The notes under the pieces: generated by a model
The model's input: only the letters and a program-made list of their open reading frames with translations
Told to the model about the DNA's origin: nothing
Databases searched by the model: none
NCBI GenBank assembly: GCA_002269645.1
Contig: NIVC01003319.1
Span: forward strand, 1-57,908
Source: Macrostomum lignano
Lineage: Eukaryota
DNA: 57,908 nucleotides
Direction of reading: 5' to 3'
Made by a program: the position numbers and the translations under genes
Part shown: piece after piece, positions 35,301 through 46,199 of the stretch
How positions within the stretch are numbered: position 1 is the stretch's first letter
Layout of the letters: the number at the start of each line of letters is the position of its first letter

Positions 35301-38300
35301 TTAGAAATGTCACTCCTTAGATTATGAATGTCACTCCATAGATTATAAATGTCACTCCGTAGATTAGAAATGTCACTCCTTAGATTATGAATGTCACTCC
35401 TTAGATTATAAATGTTACTCCATAGATTATAAATGTTACTCCATAGATTAGAAGTGTCACTCCGTAGATTAGAAGTGTCACTAAGTAGATTAGAAATGTC
35501 ACTCCTTAGATTAGAAATGTCACTCCTTAGATTTGAAATGTCACTCCTTAGATTAGAAATGTCACTTATTAGATTAGAAATTTCACTCGTTATATTAGAA
35601 ATGTCACTCGTTATATTAGAAATGTCACTCATTATATTTGAAATGTCACTCATTCGATTAGAAATATCACTCATTAGATTAGAAATATCACTCATTAGAT
35701 TTGAAATGTCACTCATTAGATTTGAAATGTCACTCATTATATTTGAAATGTCACTCCTTAGATTAGAAATGTCACTCATTAGATTTGAAATGTCACTCAT
35801 TAGATTTGAAATGTCACTCATTATATTTGAAATGTCACTCCTTAGATTAGAAATGTCACTCATTAGATTTGAAATGTCACTCATTATATTAGAAATGTCA
35901 CTCATTAGATTAGAAATGTCACTCATTAGATTTGAAATGTCACTCCTTAGATTAGAAATGTCACTCATTAGATTTGAAATGTCACTCCTTAGATTAGAAA
36001 TGTCACTCATTAGATTTGAAATGTCACTCCTTAGATTAGAAATGTCACTCATTAGATTTGAAATGTCACTCATTAGATTTGAAATGTCACTCATTAGATT
36101 TGAAATGTCACTCATTAGATTTTAATGTCACTCCACTGCAAAACTTCGTGCCCTCAGTATGTAAACTCAGTAAGCAGACCAGTATATGTATATTATATAT
36201 TTCGAAATGGTCTTTTAAAACCCCTGGAACCTTCTTTCTGTCTGCACAACTTCTTGTGTGTATCTCTCTATCGAGCTAAAATATTCATCTCTCAAATGAA
36301 ATAAAAACCTTTTTTAACCTCGCCACTGAGGCCACTGCCCTGGATATGCGAGAATTTGCAAAAACTGAATTGGGGTGTTAGAGGCCATTATCTATCTCAG
36401 ACAGTGTGCAAGCTCTTATTCTTTCTGTTGAAAAGCGGGGCCTTACTCACTGCTTACTGTGCAGCAAAGTGGCTGGCTTTTTACATCAAAGTGTGTGCGT
36501 CTTTGCGTTAGTTCTGCTCATACAGCTTCTGCCTGCCTCGCTTGTCTTTTGCTTGGCCTTTAGCCCTGTAAAATATGCGACTTTGTGGAGCAAACTTGAT
36601 GGCAGCCGCATCATAAATATGTGTGCCTGTGTTTACACGCAACAGTACACGACATTGCTTTTTAAGTTCTTAGATATTGTTTATTTACATTTGGATATAG
36701 CAGCTACTTCACTGTGGTTTAATTTTCGGGTTTGTTTGCGATTGTAAATTGCTGCAAATTGCAATCTATAGCTATGAGCTCTCTCTCTCTCTTTATCTCT
36801 CTCTCTGCTATTCTATAGTCTGTATTTAGTCAATTTCAATGTACACTCACCCGATTCCCCTCTCACCAGCACCCACCCCATTGTACACTCACCCGATTCC
36901 TTTCTCACCCAGCACCCACCCCAATGTACACTCACCCGATTCCTTTCTCACCCAGCACCCACCCCAATGTACATTCACCCGATTCCCCTTTCACCCAGCA
37001 CCCACCCCAATGTACACTCACCCGATTCCCCTCTCACCCAGCACCCTCCCCAATGTACACTCACCCGATTCCCCTCTCACACAGCACCCTCCCCAATGTA
37101 CACTCACCCGATTCCCCTCTCACACAGCACCCACCCCAATGTACACTCACCCGATTCCCCTCTCACCAAGCACCCGCCCCAATGTACACTCACCCGATTC
37201 CCCTCTCACACAGCACCCTCCCCAATGTACACTCACCCGATTCCCCTCTCACCAAGCACCCGCCCCAATGTACACTCACCCGATTCCCCTCTCACACAGC
37301 ACCCTCCCCAATGTACACTCACCCGATTCCCCTCTCACCAAGCACCCTCTCCAATGTACACTCACCCGATTCCCCTCTCACACAGCACCCTCCCCAATGT
37401 ACACTCACCCGATTCCCCTCTCACCAAGCACCCAACCCAATGTACACTCACCCGATTCCCCTTTCACCCAGCACCCACCCCAATGTACACTCACCCGATT
37501 CCCCTCTCACCCAGCACCCTCCCCAATGTACACTCACCCGATTCCCCTTTCACCCAGCACCCACCCCAATTTACACTCACCCGATTCCCCTTTCACCCAG
37601 CACCCACCCCAATGTACACTCACCCGATTCCCCTCTCACCCAGCACCCTCCCCAATGTACACTCACCCGATTCCCCTTTCACCCAGCACCCACCCCAATT
37701 TACACTCACCCGATTCCCCTTTCACCCAGCACCCAACCCAATGTACACTCACCCGATTCCCCTTTCACCCAGCACCCACCCCAATGTACACTCACCCGAT
37801 TTCTCCTCTCACCCAGCACCCTCCCCAATGTACACTCATCCGATTCCCCTCTCACACAGCACCCACCCCAATGTACACTCACCCGATTCCCCTCTCACCA
37901 AGCACCCTCTCCAATGTACACTCACCCGATTCCCCTCTCACCCAGCACCCACCCTATGCACACCCAGGCCGCCAGTCGCCATCGCTGCGCCTACCTTGCC
38001 CACCTTCACGCCGCCGAGTTCATCCACCTAAACGGAGACGAGTCCTGGCTGCGCGGCCTCGAGCACGCCTCACCCAAGATGCAGAAACTCGGCCAGCTAT
38101 GCCGCCTGGTGGCCCACCGACCCTGGGAAATCACCTCGGATATTTTGCGCCCGCTGCTAACTGGCGCTGACTCGCTGTCTCAGTCGGAGCTGGTCCACTG
38201 CATGTGCATTCTGGCTCATTTTACCGCGCTGGCCGGCTTCGTGGCCGGGACAGGTGTCCGGCCCGAGATTGACTCGCCTTTAGGTCACACTTATCGCAGT

Positions 38301-40322
38301 CAAAGTGGCGAGTCTCTGTATCAGCAGCAGCAGCAGCAGCAACAGCAGAATTTCCTGCAAAGCAGTTGCAACAGCACCAGTGGTAACCTGACTACGGGCC
38401 ATCTGCCTTCGTCTACCAGTCCGACACCTTCCAGTCCTGGGGTGAGAGACTATATGTCATTCAGGTTTTGTTCGGTTATTGCTGTGAGATCTCACAGGAG
38501 AATAGACTTTTATGATAGACAGTCTACCATACAATATCTAATAGGGAATTTTAGTTATTACCGAAGTATACTAGGGGGTTGTAGCCTAGTGATTCGAGTG
38601 TCAGACTCACGACTTGATGGTCGGGGGTTCGATTCCCGATCCAACTCAGAACGGAACAATTAGTGTCCATTGAGCAAGACACTTAATTCTGCATTGCTTC
38701 AGTTCACCCAGCTGTAAAATGGGTGCCAGCATTAGCTGGGGTAATTGAGGCTGTGTGTGGCGACCCCCAGTCCTTGGACTGAACAGCCGTACGCAGCCTT
38801 CAGATGCGCCGCGCAATAGCTGCGGCTGAGCCGTAGGTTGCACATCTCTCCCAGTTGGGGCAGGCGTAATCAATTATTTGAATCCTTTATTTCCACCCTG
38901 CTATCTGTCACCGCGGGCCTCCCAAACCAGATCGACCCGAACCAGCGGGTCCTGGATCTCATGAACGCCATCAAAGACATTGACGACGAGACTGAAGGTG
39001 GCGAAGCCCTGCCAGAGGAGCAATTGATTCGCCGATTCGAGTGCATCGAAGCTGAGACCGCCGGGCTGCCCTGCTTTCACCGGAGCGTCTCCCGTGAGCA
39101 GCAACAGCAGCAGCAGCAGCAGCAAATGCTGCTCCGACAGCAGCAGCAACAGCAGCTCAACAGTCAGGAGTTGATAGCCGCTGAATTGGCAAACTTCTGT
39201 CAGGAGCCCGGATACGCATATAAAGATTTTCTTCTGGCCAAAGCTGACAACAAGCAATTGAGAAGTTTTCGAATTCAGGTTTGTTAATTAGAAACTTTTT
39301 CTTAAAATAATGACTGAGGGTAAATGGTATTTAAGATACAAGTAATCCTATTCCCCGTTGTGCTCTAGCTGATATGAAGCCTACCCCCAATGTGTACATC
39401 ACTAGCTGATATAAAGCCTACCCCCAATGTACACTAGCTGAAATAAAACCTACCCCCAATGTACACTAGCTGATATAAAACCTACCCCCAATGTACACTA
39501 GCTGATATGAATAAGCCTACCCCCAATGTGTACATCACTAGCTGATATAAAGCCTACCCCCAATGTACACTAGCTGATTTAAAACCTACCCCCAATGTAC
39601 ACTAGCTGATATAAAACCTACCCCCAATGTACACTAGCTGATATAAAACCTACCCCCAATGTACACTAGCTGATATAAAACCTACCCCCAATGTACACTA
39701 GCTGATATAAAACCTATCCCCAATGTACACTAGCTGATATGAAGCCTACCCCCAATGTACGCTTGCTGATATGAAGCATATCTCTTAATGTACACTCACG
39801 CATCAATTCCAGGACTACTCCTGGGAAGAGGACGGCTGCTGTCTCGTTGATCGCTATCTGCCCAGCATAGGTTACGAACTCAACGAACGTTTTGAAACGT
39901 CGTTTAATTTAACCTACCTCACGATGGGCATGAATACCAACGTTGAAACGGCGCCGTTCCGTCGCGCTGTCTGGTACTACGTGCACAGCATATTCGGCAT
40001 TCGACACGACGACTATGATTATCACCTCATCAATCGAATGTTGAGCATTGAGTTGAAGAAATATTGCAAGTTAGTGGCTTGCGCTCCGGAGCAGGTTACT
40101 ATGGGGCACTATCGCAGCGCGATGCCAGGCTTCAAGCACTCGGAAAAGGTGATAGAGGAGAGAGAGAGGGTAGGGAGAAGAGCTGCAATAAAAATCTTAA
40201 TCCACCATTTTAATCTAAACCAACCGCAGGTCCACGTGAATCTGGTAATCATGGACGCCCGAGTTCAAGCCTGTCTGCTCTACAGTCTCCGAGCTCTAAA
40301 TGACCACACTACTGGCCAGTGA
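26323..40322 (+). CDS. SESN: Sestrin, about 663 aa; exons 26323-26664, 34722-35120, 37968-38441, 38931-39278, 39813-40148, 40230-40322
   Basis: Motifs VMAYHPEYL, RHYLALM|AASRHRCAYL, AHRPW, RIQ|DYSWEEDG, GIRHDDYDY, HSEK|VHVNL..ARVQACLLYSLRA. All five introns are GT-AG and phase 0; total 1992 nt. Exon 1 (LLRISKAAPLPDAREKA) resembles the N-terminus of the long vertebrate SESN1 isoform as I recall it. Exon 1 linkage is less certain than the core. Confidence 0.92.
28395..29060. repeat. 21-bp minisatellite (TGTTTAGAGTGCCAAAMTGGG), about 32 copies, Sestrin intron 1
   Basis: Direct periodicity. Confidence 0.96.
29735..30750. repeat. Polypyrimidine array of two 13-mers (CTCCCCTCCATCT and CTCCCCTCCCTCA), Sestrin intron 1
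   Basis: Direct reading; the + strand has essentially no G. Confidence 0.96.
31570..32340. repeat. 65/70-bp higher-order repeat built from AACTA-like pentamers, about 10 copies, Sestrin intron 1
   Basis: AAAGCTAACTAGAAC recurs at spacings of 65 and 70. Confidence 0.93.
33097..33408 (-). mobile_element. tRNA-derived CORE-like SINE, copy 3 (antisense in Sestrin intron 1)
   Basis: A/B boxes, core and tail as in the other copies. Confidence 0.88.
35145..36130. repeat. 21-bp minisatellite (GAAATGTCACTCATTAGATTW), about 47 copies, Sestrin intron 2
   Basis: Direct periodicity; explains the (MSDISNL)n ORF. Confidence 0.96.
36838..37960. repeat. 43-bp minisatellite (AATGTACACTCACCCGATTCCCCTCTCACCCAGCACCCACCCC), about 26 copies, abutting the Sestrin exon 3 acceptor
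   Basis: Direct periodicity; all three + frames translate to the same 43-aa cycle. Confidence 0.97.
38574..38878 (+). mobile_element. tRNA-derived CORE-like SINE, copy 4 (Sestrin intron 3)
   Basis: GGGGTTGTAGCCTAGTG..GGTTCGATTCCC head; core TGAGCAAGACACTTAA..CAGCTGTAAAATGGG. Confidence 0.88.
39366..39765. repeat. 32-bp minisatellite (TAGCTGATATAAAACCTACCCCCAATGTACAC), about 12 copies, Sestrin intron 4
   Basis: Direct periodicity. Confidence 0.95.
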
Positions 40323-42442
40323 GTGATTAGTAGTATCGAAAGATCGAGTTAAGAAGTTATTTTTAAAAGAACGGAAGTACTATGTCCAATTCATAAATGA
40401 ATATGTCTAATTGAGGCATAGAAACCCACATGCATGCATATATAATGTCTTACCTGAACTGTTTCTGTCGCCAACAAACCCAAGCCGCGGCATCAGCTTT
40501 GTTTAGGTGCATTTTCATATGCGCTTCAAGTTAGTACCTACTACTATTACTACATATTACTAGTAGTAGACGTAGAGCCTAGGAAACCCCGTTTAACCGC
40601 CTTCATCCGCCATCATTTGTAATTCTTCCTGTTCCCGATAATTAAAATTCGAGTATTGAAAGCTTTTTTCGCGCATCTGTACAAAATATTTGTGTGGTAT
40701 TATTATTTTTTTCTTTTATTTTCTAATCGTACCATTTATCATCACTTGCTAATCCGTTGCCCATCAATCGTAGGGCGTTTTTTGTAATTAAATTAATAAA
40801 CTTATTTTTTGTTCAACGTCTGGATTTTTTGTGGCCAGTTTGCGAAAATATAATATAATCATGTTTGTTTATTCGACGAGTTTATAATTTGTTTCATAAT
40901 AAGTTCGATTTTTTCTGTCATTTTTAAGTGCTAATATATTGAGTTTTGATAATTAAAACCGTAGCGTTTAAATTTTTCTAAAATACAGAGGTATGTATGT
41001 ATATTTTTAAATATCCAATAAATTTAGCAGCGTTTCTATTTTATCCTGTTCCGCGAGTCAGTCAATTGCCAGGTGTCAAATGTCAAATAAGGTCAATCGG
41101 TTATTAACGTACTTTTGGGTCATTTGAAGTTGGTTAATCCAAAGGTTTCAGTGCCGCCTTTCCCGCATCGAATTTAACTGAATTTAATCTAATTCAATTT
41201 TAAGAGTTTTTTAAAACCACTGATTAGTTACCTGTTAAGTAAAATATTTTTTTATAGTTTTTATGCAACTTAATACAAGTTTTCAAAGCCAAAAGCCCGC
41301 AGGGATCGATTTTGCGTACATAAAGTTTCATGTTTCATTATTTTATATCACAATAAGAGCGTCTGCCACCGTTCACTCTTCGTTTCGTACCAAACAAGCA
41401 AAATAAATCGTCTTTCTTGTTTTTACCTTGGCTTCATTGCTGTAGTATTTCCTTGTTGGCGATTGTTTGTAATCCCCAAAAAACCGATTATGATTTAATT
41501 ATAATATTTCGTGTTTCTATTTCAACAGCATATTTAGATAGGCCTTATAGTCGCTGTTAAGGTCTTAAAAGATTTTAGACTTTACCTGTTTTTTAGGTTT
41601 ACTGGATTTGTAGTCACTTCAAATTGTATTGTTTTGCAGTCTTTTCTCAAATAAGCACAATCAGCATATTACAATTTTGGATTTTCAAAATCCATGTTTT
41701 AAGTCCAAAATAAGAGTTTTTATTCAGTGCCATTAAAAACCGGAAATATTTCAGTTTGTTTAATTTTTCCAGGTTGACTGCAAAATGATATAATATAAGT
41801 TCTTATTAGTTCATTTATAGTTTGTCTCGGCAATTTCTTCTCGGTGCAGTATATAATTATATTTTCGAATTATAATAATTTTTACTTTGTAATACACATA
41901 CTGATTGCTAACTGTTGTGTGCTTGACAAACTTCATCAGTGTTCCTCATCGGTATATCATATTCTGTCATTTTTGTCATCAACTGTCTTTTTTTCTTCCT
42001 TACCCAACGCTACTACTTGTGCAGTAGTACAATTAAGCCAAAATGGCAAAATTGCATCAACAACAAAATTAATTTTCCCTGAAAATGCGGTTGCAATGAA
42101 GAATAAATGTATAAAAATTTACTGAATATAAAAAATCGCTTAAAAATCAAGTGGTTGACTTATCCTGAAGTAACTCTTTGGTTGAAGTTTTTTCATTTAA
42201 TTTCAAAACAGCGAAGTACTTTTATTTTGTTTGATTAAATTGTATTTTAAAAAATCTTTAGTAACGAAGCTAGACCGCTCTTGGAATGCAACAATATTCC
42301 AGATTTTGTACTAATGTGTTTCTTGTGTACCTCTAGTTTCATTTTAGTATATCAATAGTTAATTGGTTGTAGTAAATGAAAGTAAACCTAGTGAATGAAA
42401 GTAAATTAGATATCTAATATGTAATTTAAAAAAATAGCCACC

Positions 42443-43795
42443 CCACGCCTCCCCTGAAGAGAGAATTCGGTCGATACAATATGCCCTGAAAACTACTGAT
42501 TTCCCATGAATCCATGACCCAGCAGAAGTCCAAAAAAGCAATCCTAGAAATCCTATCGCATTGTCTGCACAGTGTACAGGTATGCAAAATATTACAGTGA
42601 CTTTAGTTGATATCGGTATAGAATGAAACTAATCCATTCTGCCAGAGCCTCAGAAGTTGGCCTTTCATGGCTGAGTATCGCCTCAGGCCAATCGCACGGA
42701 ATCGAACCAACTATACATGCATACATTTTTCGCAAGAGGCAGCTGCTCAGCCTCTCAATTGCTTCATCAGTTGTTTATTGTTGAAGTGCGGCCGGGCTCT
42801 GGCGGCCCGTCTCTGTTCTGTCCAGCTCTCGGCCTGCCCAGGACAGTGCGGGACTCACATATAGGCTGATTTTGGATTTCACACGGTTTATCTGTGCACT
42901 GCGGCTGCCTGGCTTTTTTATTGCATTTTGCACTTGGTGACCGGCACTTCAGCATTTCACTGCTGAGATTTGTCAACTCGAAAGCTCAGCTTCTTTGTTC
43001 TCTATCAGATCTCAGCTCAGATCATGCAGACTCCGCTCAATAAACGCTTGTTTTCTCATGCTTCGAGAAAGCGCTAAACTATCAAAAAAATGCAGCTGGC
43101 TGGCAGCCCAGCCTCCGCCCGTCATCTCTGAGCACAGAAGCGAAGGTGCAGTGAGGGGGCAGGCAGGGTGCTAAAGCACAATGCAGAGTCTCCATTGTGC
43201 AAGGCTGGGGCTGCAACTCTTTCGGGAGCAGCTGCCACTGCAGCCTCAGACAGCTCAGCTTTGCGCTGGTCATCTCGGCAGCCTCATCGCTAAATGAATC
43301 TCCAAGCTTCATCTGGAACGGCCCCACCCAGCTCAGCACTCGCAGTGCGACAGTCTGGCGTCATAAAAGCCCGCAAAGAGAAAACTACTCGAGTTCGCAA
43401 TCACCCCATACTGGCCTCTCGAACCACCCAACCCCCGCAACTCCTGCCTGACTTTAATAATAAACAACTGATGAAGCAATTGAGAGGCTGAGCAGCTGCC
43501 TCTTGCGAAAAATGTATGCATGTATAGTTGGTTCGATTCCGTGCGATTGGCCTGAGGCGATACTCAGCCATGAAAGGCCAACTTCTGAGGCTCTGGCAGA
43601 ATGGATTAGTTTCATTCTATACCGATATCAACTAAAGTCACTGTAATATTTTGCATACCTGTACACTGTGCAGACAATGCGATAGGATTTCTAGGATTGC
43701 TTTTTTGGACTTCTGCTGGGTCATGGATTCATGGGAAATCAGTAGTTTTCAGGGCATATTGTATCGACCGAATTCTCTCTTCAGGGGAGGCGTGG
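42443..43795. mobile_element. Non-autonomous 1353-bp element with 337-bp apparently identical terminal inverted repeats
   Basis: 42443-42779 is the reverse complement of 43459-43795. The ORF track shows the same peptide on both strands. No transposase in the about 680-bp core. Confidence 0.9.
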
Positions 43796-44971
43796 TACCC
43801 AGCTGCAACAGCAGCCTGTCAACGAGTTACAATTAATTACAAGTCGTTCAAAGGCCGATATGTAAAATTGGCCAATTTTTTACGAAAAAACCCCATGATC
43901 CCATTTTCTAAATCGTCTTCAATTCGCGTTGAAGATAAAAAAAGACAATTGCAAGGGTGAATGTCTCGGCTCTAAGATTCGTACGGCAATACAACCTAAT
44001 ATCGAGTAATACATTAGTAATAATGAATTTATGAGCACGTTATGGGCCAAATTTATGAGTTATCAAAGCCAAAAATCAGCGCAATAATATCCGGATACAG
44101 GATGCCTCGTTCTTTGTGATATTTTTTCAAGAACGTCGATCAATTACTTTAAGTAGTAGCAGTTTATAAAGTTAAGTAGTCTTTTTTATTAATTATTCGA
44201 TGGTTGTGCATCCAATGAATGAGTTGGGGCTTGTGGACACGTTTAGCTTTCTAGCAATGGGCAGGCATTTCTGATACGCATGAATATTCAAGACAATAAA
44301 CTAATTTAGAACTGTAAAGGGATGCACTTATAAGAATTTTGCAAATGGAAGTGGGATTACGGTAGAACCAATCAAAATGAATTGCTTAATCTAAATATTC
44401 CTAGAGCAAAATTCGGCACCTAAAGTATAAAATTTACCAAACAGCCACAGTTGTATTAATATACTCGTATGTTTGTTGTTATTTAACTTTAGCACTTTAT
44501 TTGTCATATTCTCGTAAATTGAAATCTGTTTTGATTGATCGATGCAACGGCCTCCTTAAAAACATTCTCTTGCTTTGGCAAATGAATTTTTTCTTCATTT
44601 TCCTCGAGCTAATTGTCAATCTCATTTCGCAATGGAAGCAGCTGATATAAAAAGAATTCTGCGACAAAAGCTTTCAAAAAGATTCAATACAGTACGTGCT
44701 ATATGCATGTTTTAACGATTGTACAGTATTTATTTGAAATTTAATCTTAAGCACTGCGTTCACAGTTAATTGCAGATCATGCCTCTGATTAAAATTATTC
44801 ATTTGATCGGGGTATAGAGAACTGATTGTATTTTCCTGGCTCCAGTTTAAATTTCAAATAAGATACTGAGCGTTACAATACTGGCTACGATGTGTTTGTT
44901 TAATACATGCACGCACATTAATTAGATAATATACTCGTAGAACACTGCTACTGCAGTTGCAAGGGATCTCC

Positions 44972-45364
44972 CTAAGTCGAGAGCTGGCGTCTACGGCCGT
45001 AGCTCTCCTGAATTGTTGCAATAGGTGGCGACAGACTTCGACACCGCGTCTGAATTTGCGGCTGCAGGTTATTGATCTGCGTGGATTTGCGCCCTGACGA
45101 TGACGACCTACTAGCGGTGTACCTGTTGGACCAGTTCACCGGCTCTTTCATCTCGTCGACGCCGCGAACTTTTGCGGCGGCGTACTTTTTCAACTTGTCA
45201 GAGTTGACGGTTGTGCGGTAGCCTGGAGGCCGCGAATCTTTCTTTGGCTGAGTCATACGCCTGCTCTGTTTCCAGTAGTAAGCCAGGACCACTGCGATAG
45301 ACACTAGTAGCATTGTTACTAGCAGGCCTACCACTATTAAACTGATGGTCACTTCGCTTGCCAT
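44972..45364 (-). CDS. Orphan 130-aa protein with an N-terminal transmembrane helix and basic cytoplasmic tail
   Basis: ISLIVVGLLVTMLLVSIAVVLAYYW followed by KQSRR (positive-inside). GC-rich relative to flanks. Upstream acceptor near 45461 and donor near 45585 suggest a spliced 5' UTR. Confidence 0.65.
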   Translation of the reverse strand: MASEVTISLIVVGLLVTMLLVSIAVVLAYYWKQSRRMTQPKKDSRPPGYRTTVNSDKLKKYAAAKVRGVDEMKEPVNWSNRYTASRSSSSGRKSTQINNLQPQIQTRCRSLSPPIATIQESYGRRRQLST

Positions 45365-46199
45365 TCCGGTTTTCTTAGTTTAACCAGTTGATGAGTTTTA
45401 GCCGCTAGCTAGGCCTGTGGCTGTGGGTTCACCAGGAGGTCGTTGCATGAGAGTCAATTGCTGATATGAAAAACAGGAATTACATTTTTCCATAAATTCA
45501 GTACACAAATCAATAGATTCCAAGGCTAAAATGTAGTAAAAGCTATACTTTAGCAAACTACAGTTCATAAACGGTTATTACTTACATATGGCATCTGCTG
45601 TAGAATTGCGATGATCGAGCTCGAATGCTGGAACTCCTTTTTGATAACAATTTTTTCGCGAACTTTCGATCTAAATCTCGAATCAACAAAGTTCAATAGG
45701 AATCAAGTAATAAAATTGTAGAATACAATTCAAAGAATGGACCGCTTTTCAATTTTTGTATTTAAAGTGACGATTGCTGAGAGAGTTGAGCTGCAAGTTG
45801 AGTGATTTGTTTTTTATAGTCTATGGTAATGCATCAATGTGGACTAATTGATATGAATTACGTACTCGTAAATAATAAACGCCGTTTAATTCACATTCTG
45901 TGGTTAGAATGTCCGAGTCTGCGTTTAATGGTCTCGAGGCGAGCGTAGCTTATTTAATCGTTAAAAAATTGTACTATTCTGAGCCGGGAATGTGTTGTCT
46001 GTGGTAATTTTTAACAAAAACTAGGATATTATATCATACGAGTATAATCTCCTCGAAATCAGGAGCAATCGAATTTAATATGCGTTGAACTTCTCGTTCT
46101 CATACGTTTGTATAGCTGTAGAAACATCTTGGCCAAGGTTTACACTCAGTTAAAGCTAGCTACCTTTGCTTCTGTTTGTTTATTCTACAGTAACTTTAT

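Noticed and set aside
28343-36125. (CLECQTG)n, (WHSKHPV)n, (EGRDGGERW)n and (MSDISNL)n ORFs
   Set aside because: They coincide exactly with intronic arrays of Sestrin; no independent gene signals.
38574-38645. tRNA gene (also at 4010-4078, 5760-5826, 33335-33408)
   Set aside because: tRNA-like heads of SINEs; no complete cloverleaf, and they continue into the shared SINE body.
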